Made by a program: the position numbers and the translations under genes. A DNA stretch of 33,639 nt, from positions 1-33,639 of the forward strand of contig CANPZT010000003.1 of NCBI GenBank assembly GCA_947589135.1. Reading direction: 5' to 3'. The stretch is from an uncultured Clostridia bacterium. GTDB lineage: Bacteria > Bacillota > Clostridia > TANB77 > CAG-508. Positions 27,488 to 33,639 of this stretch are shown piece by piece; the first letter of the stretch is position 1; the number at the start of each line of letters is the position of its first letter. The notes beneath the pieces were generated by a model that was not told where the DNA came from, made no database searches, and saw nothing but the letters and a program-made list of their open reading frames with translations.

Positions 27488-29195
27488 TTATTTGTGGTAC
27501 AGATTAGAGTTAAATTTCCATTTCATTGAAAATTTTTCTTGTTTTTGAGCTTTTTTTGGTGCTACATAAGAAGCACGATATTCTCTTTTCCATATAGGTG
27601 GTAAGAAATATCCATTTCCATCTACATTGCTACTAGGTGCTAAAGGTGTCATATAAGATACACCAAAAGATCTTAAGCTACAAAGAACAGAGATATAAAT
27701 AAATAATCCTAATGAAATTCCTAAAAATCCTGCCATAAATCCAAGTAATACAAAAACAAATCTGAAATATCGTATATGAAATCCAAATGAAAAATCTGGA
27801 ATAGCAAAAGAAGCGATACCTGTAATAGCAACTATAATAATTAGAATTGGACTAACTATACCTGCTGAAACTGCTGCTTGTCCTAAAACCAAAGCACCAA
27901 CAATACCAATAGTTGGTCCAATAGGAGACGGAACTCTTAAACCAGCTTCACGAATTAACTCAAAGGAAATCTCCATAATTAAAATTTCAACTATAATTGG
28001 AAATGGTACATTTTCACGAGAAGCTAAAATAGAATAGAGTAGTCCTGTAGGAAGAATTTCTTGGTGAAAGCTTGTAATTGCAACATAAATACCAGGTAGT
28101 AACAATGTAATAAAAGTAGCTAACACTCTAAGTCCTCGCAAAAAATTAGCAAAATTAACTTTTAAATTAGTATCTTCCGGAGAAGCTAAAAAATCTATTA
28201 AAACTGCTGGTACAATAACTCCATAAGGAGTTCCATTTACAATAATTACAACACGACCATTTAATAGATATTTAGAAACTTTGTCAGGCCTTTCAGTAGA
28301 AATCATTTCAGGAATTCCTAAAATATTAGAATCAGCAATTAATTGTTCTAATTCACCAGCAGAAAGCAAAGAATCTACTTCTAAGTTATTTAATCTATAT
28401 TTTACTTCACCTACTAGGTCATCATTTGCTATATTCTTAATATAACAAACTGCACATTTTGTTTTTGTAACATTACCTACTTCCAAATTTTCAATAATTA
28501 AATTTTCGTTATTAACAATACGGCGAATTAAAGAGGTATTAGTTCTAATATTTTCAACAAAAGCTTCATGAGGACCTTTTATAACTATTTCATTATTTGG
28601 AGTATCAACACTCCTTTGTTTAAAGCCCTTTACTTCAATATCAAAAGCAATTGGAAGAGTTTCTACAAACAAAGCACAATTACCAGCATTTATACCGAGA
28701 AATAATTTCATCAAAATCTTCAGAAGTTGATAGAGAATTTTGAGGCATTAAACATCCAATTAAGTAATTACTTAAGTCAAATTTTTTAACTTTTCTCACA
28801 GTAATATTATTTGTAACAGCTTCTGAAATAATTTTTGTTTGAGAGCTATCAAATAAGTTATTTTTATTTCTCATCATTAATGGTTCTAATATAAAATCAT
28901 TTATAGTTTTGGAATCTACCATTCCATCAATATATGCCAAAAATGCATCATATTGCTTACCTCTTGCATTTAATGTGAATTGTCTAATATTAATATCACT
29001 ATTTATTAAGAAATTATATTTAGTTTTTATATATTCTAAATTAACAGATAAACTTGGAAAAATATTGACTTTTTTTTCAGGCTCTTCAGGAAAATCATTT
29101 TGAAAGTCAGCATCTTCTGTATCTGGAATTGTAAATTTATAGTGTTCTTGCGGATGGTACTTAAAATAAGTATCAAATATTTTTTTAAAATCCAT
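27488..29195 (-). CDS. gerKA: GerA-family spore germination protein, split by a +1 frameshift at CGG 28697-28695 (568 aa when joined)
   Basis: YIDGMVD...ILEPLM in frame 0; junction FDEIIS/GINAGNCALFV; KGPHEAFVE, TERPD and ELIREAGLRVPSPIG in the +1 frame. Confidence 0.9.
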
Positions 29196-29383
29196 AATTG
29201 TCTCCTATTTTTTATAACCTATTGTACAACTTAAGAGTTATTATATTATTTAAATTTTACAAACTATGAGTTGTAACTGATTTTAATTAGTATTTGTAAA
29301 ATTATATAAAATATACTAGTTTTTACAATTAAAAAATGATATAATAAAATAGGTACAAATTAAAAATCAAGAAGGAGAAACTA

Positions 29384-30505
29384 ATGAAAAATAGAATTCC
29401 AAGTATCATTATGTTTTTGGTAATGATTTTAATTATTGGAGTATGTGGGATTTTTGTAAATATTATTTTGCAAGAATTTAAAAGTATGCAAACAATAGTA
29501 GAACCAGAAGAATTTAAAACCACAATATCTGTAAATGAAAATACAACAAACAAAAATATAGAGATACCACAAGATGAAAATAATGTATTAGATGATATTA
29601 ATAATGGATATACACAACAAGAGGAAAATTATAGTAATATTAGTATAAATAAATATTTTTATAGCCAACTAGACGATTACTCTAAAACAATTTATCAAGC
29701 ATTTGAGCAAAATAAAGAAAATATGAAAACTGGAACATATAAAGTAGAACTAGGAAATTCATTTTCAGAAATATTAGATACAGAAAATGGTCAAGATAAA
29801 TTAGGAGAATATTATCAATCAGCAGTTGAAGCATATACATATGATAATCCAGATGTATTTTATTTAAGTCCAAACAAAATGTATTTAAATATAGAAACTA
29901 CAACAAAAGGAAGAAATAACACATACTATGTATATGTTAATAATGGAAATGAAACAAATTATTTAATAGATGAATTTTCATCCAAAGAACAAATTAACGA
30001 AGCACTTGAAAAAATTCAACAAGTAAAAAATAGTATTGTAGAAAATGCTACAGGTGACACATATGATAATATAAAAATGGTACATGATTATTTAGTAAAA
30101 AATATTGAATATGATACAACAATATCAAAAGATAATATTTATAATATTTATGGTGCATTAGTTAATGGAGAAGCTGTATGTGAAGGATATGCAAGAGCTT
30201 TTAAATATCTTATGGACAACTTGGATATTCCTTGTACATTAGTAATAGGAAAAGGAAAAAATTCTCAAGGAAATACAGAAAATCACGCATGGAATTATGT
30301 ACAATTATCAGATACTTGGTATGCAGTTGATAGTACATGGGATGACCCTGTGGGATATAATGAAGGATGGTTTAGTCAAGTTACAAGATATAAATATTTT
30401 TTAAAAGGTTCTAATGATATGAATATAGATCACCAAGCAACGGGAAGATTTACAGAAGGAGGAAAACTATATAATTATCCAGAACTTAGTGTTGAAAATT
30501 ACTAA
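29384..30505 (+). CDS. Membrane-anchored transglutaminase-like (Cys-His-Asp) protein
   Basis: AVCEGYARAF, HAWNYV, VDSTWDD; N-terminal TM. Confidence 0.85.
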   Translation: MKNRIPSIIMFLVMILIIGVCGIFVNIILQEFKSMQTIVEPEEFKTTISVNENTTNKNIEIPQDENNVLDDINNGYTQQEENYSNISINKYFYSQLDDYSKTIYQAFEQNKENMKTGTYKVELGNSFSEILDTENGQDKLGEYYQSAVEAYTYDNPDVFYLSPNKMYLNIETTTKGRNNTYYVYVNNGNETNYLIDEFSSKEQINEALEKIQQVKNSIVENATGDTYDNIKMVHDYLVKNIEYDTTISKDNIYNIYGALVNGEAVCEGYARAFKYLMDNLDIPCTLVIGKGKNSQGNTENHAWNYVQLSDTWYAVDSTWDDPVGYNEGWFSQVTRYKYFLKGSNDMNIDHQATGRFTEGGKLYNYPELSVENY

Positions 30506-30624
30506 TATAAAAAATGGAAAGACATATTAATTAATATTAGTAATATATTTATAAAGATATAATTTATATAAAAAACTTAAATTTCAAAATAAGTAATAAA
30601 AAATAAAAAAATTTACATAAATGC

Positions 30625-30653
30625 TTGACTTTTCCAAAAATAACATTTATAAT
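30625..30653 (+). promoter_or_regulatory. Sigma-A-like promoter
   Basis: TTGACT-17 nt-TATAAT. Confidence 0.7.
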
Positions 30654-30696
30654 AGAATAAGCAATTATGTAAATATAAAAAATTTAGGAGGTAAAA

Positions 30697-31641
30697 ATGA
30701 AAAATTTAAAAATTTCTTTAACTGCAATAATATTTGCAATAATAGTAACAATATTTACAGGAGTATATGCATATACAGGATTGGATGTAGATACAAAATA
30801 TGAAATTTCAATGCCGGATAGTTTAACAAATGGAACAGGTACTGTAAATGCGCCAGTGTCAGAAGACATGAAATACCAATTTGTTGAAATCAACAAAGAA
30901 AAATATGATACATTAAAAAAATATGAAGCTCAATTAGAATTAATGCAAGCATATATAAAAGGAGAAGCTGCAAGTTGGGAAGATAGTCAAGCAAATGCAG
31001 AATACGAAGATTTAGTTTCTAAATATGAATCTACATATAATGAAAAAATATCAGACTTATATACTCAATATACATCTATTGACAGCAATAGTATAGCTAC
31101 AGTAAGATCTTTATGGATTTATGAATTAACAGATTATAACGAAAGTAATTGGAAAAATTCTACTGATAGCAAAATAACATTAGACTTAACAACATTTACA
31201 GGAACAAAATATTATATAGCTTGGGTTAAAATAGGTGATACACTTGATGCAGAAGCTTATGTAGTTACAGGAACGAAGAAAGATGATCCAACACCAACTG
31301 ATCCAACACCAGATGATCCAACACCAACTGATCCAACACCAGATGATCCAACACCAACTGATCCAACACCAGATGACCCAACACCAGATGATCCAAAACA
31401 AGAAGAACCAAAGCAAGAAGAACCAAAGCAAGAAGAACCAAAGCAAGAAGAACCAAAGCAAGAAGAACCAAAACAAGAAGAACCAAAACAAGAAAGTCCT
31501 AAAAAAGAAGATCCAACAGATGCTTCTAATAGTGGAAAAGTATTACCAAAAACAGGTGTAAACAGTGCAATATTAGGATTAATTACAATAGCAGGAGCAT
31601 CAGCAGGAATTTCATACAGAAAATATAGAAAAATAAAATAA
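30697..31641 (+). CDS. LPXTG cell-wall-anchored protein with a Pro/acidic repeat stalk
   Basis: Signal peptide; LPKTG, hydrophobic helix and RKYRKIK tail. Confidence 0.88.
   Translation: MKNLKISLTAIIFAIIVTIFTGVYAYTGLDVDTKYEISMPDSLTNGTGTVNAPVSEDMKYQFVEINKEKYDTLKKYEAQLELMQAYIKGEAASWEDSQANAEYEDLVSKYESTYNEKISDLYTQYTSIDSNSIATVRSLWIYELTDYNESNWKNSTDSKITLDLTTFTGTKYYIAWVKIGDTLDAEAYVVTGTKKDDPTPTDPTPDDPTPTDPTPDDPTPTDPTPDDPTPDDPKQEEPKQEEPKQEEPKQEEPKQEEPKQEEPKQESPKKEDPTDASNSGKVLPKTGVNSAILGLITIAGASAGISYRKYRKIK
31282..31494 (+). repeat. Coding tandem repeats: 30-bp [10 protein letters not shown] x3 followed by 15-bp KQEEP x6-7
   Basis: Visible in both DNA and protein. Confidence 0.9.
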
Positions 31642-31655
31642 TCAATATAATAAGT

Positions 31656-31686
31656 AAAATGTCACGAGAAATCGTGGCATTTTTTT
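31656..31686 (+). terminator. Intrinsic terminator
   Basis: AAAATGTCACGA-GAAA-TCGTGGCATTTTTTT. Confidence 0.8.
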
Positions 31687-31813
31687 AACGTAACTTTAAG
31701 TGTAAACCACGAATTCTATCCGTGGATTGTTATATAAAAAATACAGATTTATAATAACTGAGAAAATAGTTGAAAAAAGTGATATAATGATGAATTGTAA
31801 AATAATATAAATA

Positions 31814-31842
31814 TTGACTTTTTATGTAAATAGTGCTATAAT
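31814..31842 (+). promoter_or_regulatory. Strong sigma-A-like promoter
   Basis: TTGACT-17 nt-TATAAT with TGn extended -10. Confidence 0.75.
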
Positions 31843-31938
31843 ATAAATATGAGAACGCAACTCATATATGATATCTTAGGTAAAGGTATCATTAGGATCT
31901 AGCACGCACATTGAAATTAAAAAAAGGAGGGTTCTATC

Positions 31939-33507
31939 ATGAACAGAAAAATCAACAAAAAAATGCGGTTAGTAATCGTTGTTGCATTGGTATTGGCAAT
32001 GAACATTACCAGCTTTGCTGGTATTGTACCTACAACAAAGGTACAGGCAGCAGTAAGTAGTCAGGGAATTATAACCAGTGGAGAAGGTAGTCATTCGATT
32101 ACTTTATCCAATGGCGAGAAAGCTACAGTTACAGTTACTGACTGTAAGCTAACGGTGAAAGTTGGTTTTACGAATTATACTTTCAAGCCGTCTAAAAATG
32201 CAACAGAGTCAATGCTACACATTGTTGGGATGGTGGTAACTAATGGTACGCATGATTTGCTTCACATATTTGTACTTAGTGGCAAATATTACTGCATGGA
32301 TCTTAGATCTGGTGTAGTGATAGAAGCATATCGGAATACCAAAAATGGCAAGTATTGTTTGAAAACTAATGCCTCTGGATACGAGGTGTTTGGATCATCG
32401 ATAATCAACACGGAAGACTTTTATGAACGCTTAGCTATTGGTGCAGTAATGCAGAATAAGCTCATAACAAGAGCCGAGTTTGATATGATCTCACAGGGAA
32501 AAGATCCTTCTGAGGATGATTCAAAGCCAACATCAACACCGACGGCAACACCGACAGCAACACCAACAGCAACACCAACAGCAACGCCGACGGAAGCACC
32601 GACAGCAACACCGACAGCAACACCGACAGCAACGCCGACGGAAGCACCGACAGCAACACCGACAGCAACGCCGACGGAAGCACCGACAGAAGCTCCAACA
32701 GAATCAGTTACTACTCTTCCGACTCGTACGCCAGATGTACAGGTAAATTCTCATACCGAATTTGACTTTACATTCTGGTATGAGGAAGTAAGAAAAGGTA
32801 ATATTACCTGGGAGCAGTTTATGGAATTAGCTGCTTCATTCGGTTGGATTATTGACAAGGAAAGTCAGACTGTGACTCACGAGCACACAGACTATTCCTA
32901 CGATGAAAACGGTAATCTTCTCTCTGAGGATAAGACTACTGTAAGTAATTCGAACTCTACGGAAACTGGAAGTGGCAAAGTAGATGTAACCGAGAAAAAT
33001 GAAGGTAAAGTTGAGTACGAAGATAAGAAGGATGGAAAAGGTGAAGTTTCTGGAGCTGCAGATACTAAGACAGATATCCACATCATTAATCCTGTAGTTA
33101 CAGGTGATGGCAATGCAAAAAAAGATATTGTGTCTTTCAACGTTAAGAGGAAAGGTAACAAAGTAAAACTTACCAGAACTGTTAATGGATTGACAGGTAC
33201 TATTTGTATTGTGAAATTCAATAAAAAGAAGGGAATAGCAGTCTTTGACAATATATCCTATAAGGGCATTAAATATGTGGGATATACCTCAATAAGTAGG
33301 CAAATAATTTTGCTTACCAAAAAGGGAAAAGTCAAGATTATTCCTAGAGCAAAAGGTAAAGTCGGAAAGACTTATACCGCAAAAGTACTTAAAGGAAAAT
33401 GGAAGAAAGTAAAAGAGAACCAAAAAGGACTTAGCATCAGGGTAACTGATGGTAAGTCAAAGGTAAAGGGCGTAAAAAACGCTCAACCGAAAAAGATAGC
33501 AAGATGA
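31939..33507 (+). CDS. Secreted hypothetical protein with a PT-rich linker and Lys-rich C-terminal domain; composition atypical for the window
   Basis: AGGAGG SD; signal peptide ending VQA; visibly more G/C-ending codons than neighbouring genes. Confidence 0.8.
   Translation: MNRKINKKMRLVIVVALVLAMNITSFAGIVPTTKVQAAVSSQGIITSGEGSHSITLSNGEKATVTVTDCKLTVKVGFTNYTFKPSKNATESMLHIVGMVVTNGTHDLLHIFVLSGKYYCMDLRSGVVIEAYRNTKNGKYCLKTNASGYEVFGSSIINTEDFYERLAIGAVMQNKLITRAEFDMISQGKDPSEDDSKPTSTPTATPTATPTATPTATPTEAPTATPTATPTATPTEAPTATPTATPTEAPTEAPTESVTTLPTRTPDVQVNSHTEFDFTFWYEEVRKGNITWEQFMELAASFGWIIDKESQTVTHEHTDYSYDENGNLLSEDKTTVSNSNSTETGSGKVDVTEKNEGKVEYEDKKDGKGEVSGAADTKTDIHIINPVVTGDGNAKKDIVSFNVKRKGNKVKLTRTVNGLTGTICIVKFNKKKGIAVFDNISYKGIKYVGYTSISRQIILLTKKGKVKIIPRAKGKVGKTYTAKVLKGKWKKVKENQKGLSIRVTDGKSKVKGVKNAQPKKIAR
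32527..32703 (+). repeat. 12-bp coding repeat (PTAT/PTEA)n
   Basis: CCGACAGCAACA / CCGACGGAAGCA units. Confidence 0.9.
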
Positions 33508-33531
33508 CATTGGTGCAATAGATCCTAAAAA

Positions 33532-33562
33532 GGAAGACCGACTGTAATACAGTCGGTCTTCC
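33532..33562 (+). terminator. Strong hairpin after the last gene
   Basis: GGAAGACCGACTGTA-A-TACAGTCGGTCTTCC; no U-tract immediately after. Confidence 0.65.
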
Positions 33563-33639
33563 CAGACTGTTGACAAACCCTAGATTTTTTTCTAGGGTTT
33601 TCTTCATATTTTATTTTTTTCTATAAAAAATAAAAATTT

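Noticed and set aside
3421-29195. Calling rpiB, rluA-like and gerKA ordinary pseudogenes
   Set aside because: Each has a single lesion of the same type at the same rare codon, with no other decay. Kept as frameshifted CDS, although assembly error cannot be excluded without reads.
31700-31730. CCACG...CGTGG hairpin as an IS200/IS605 end
   Set aside because: Only a 5-bp stem and no transposase or tnpB fragment nearby; too weak to call.
31186-32746. Alternative-frame ORFs rich in W/C, Q/H or L/V
   Set aside because: Shadow frames of the coding tandem repeats.

Overview
AT-rich chromosomal window from a spore-forming, low-GC clostridial bacterium. The pilin-like N-terminus and gene content suggest an uncultured gut Clostridia lineage (inference). 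It carries mostly housekeeping genes (gatB 3' part, rpsT, rpiB, tagO/wecA-like, an OmpR-family two-component pair, CorC/HlyC, patatin, uvrC, SAM methyltransferase, RluA-family pseudouridine synthase, secG, rnr), a gerKA-KB-KC germination operon, a sortase and several surface proteins. Main finding: all three split conserved genes (rpiB, rluA-like, gerKA) break at an in-frame CGG codon. Skipping that C (+1) gives a GGN Gly codon and restores a full-length protein. By manual scan, in-frame CGG occurs nowhere else in the host-like genes. This suggests lineage-level recoding of CGG(N) as a +1 frameshift or quadruplet Gly codon; assembly indel error is the main alternative. Other findings: a 39-nt element exactly 22 nt upstream of two unrelated intra-operon start codons, a GC-rich palindrome family, a TagO-rubredoxin fusion, a thioester-domain protein ending at LPVTGM with no membrane tail, a sortase with no canonical start for its anchor, and a compositionally distinct gene bracketed by complementary UTR segments.
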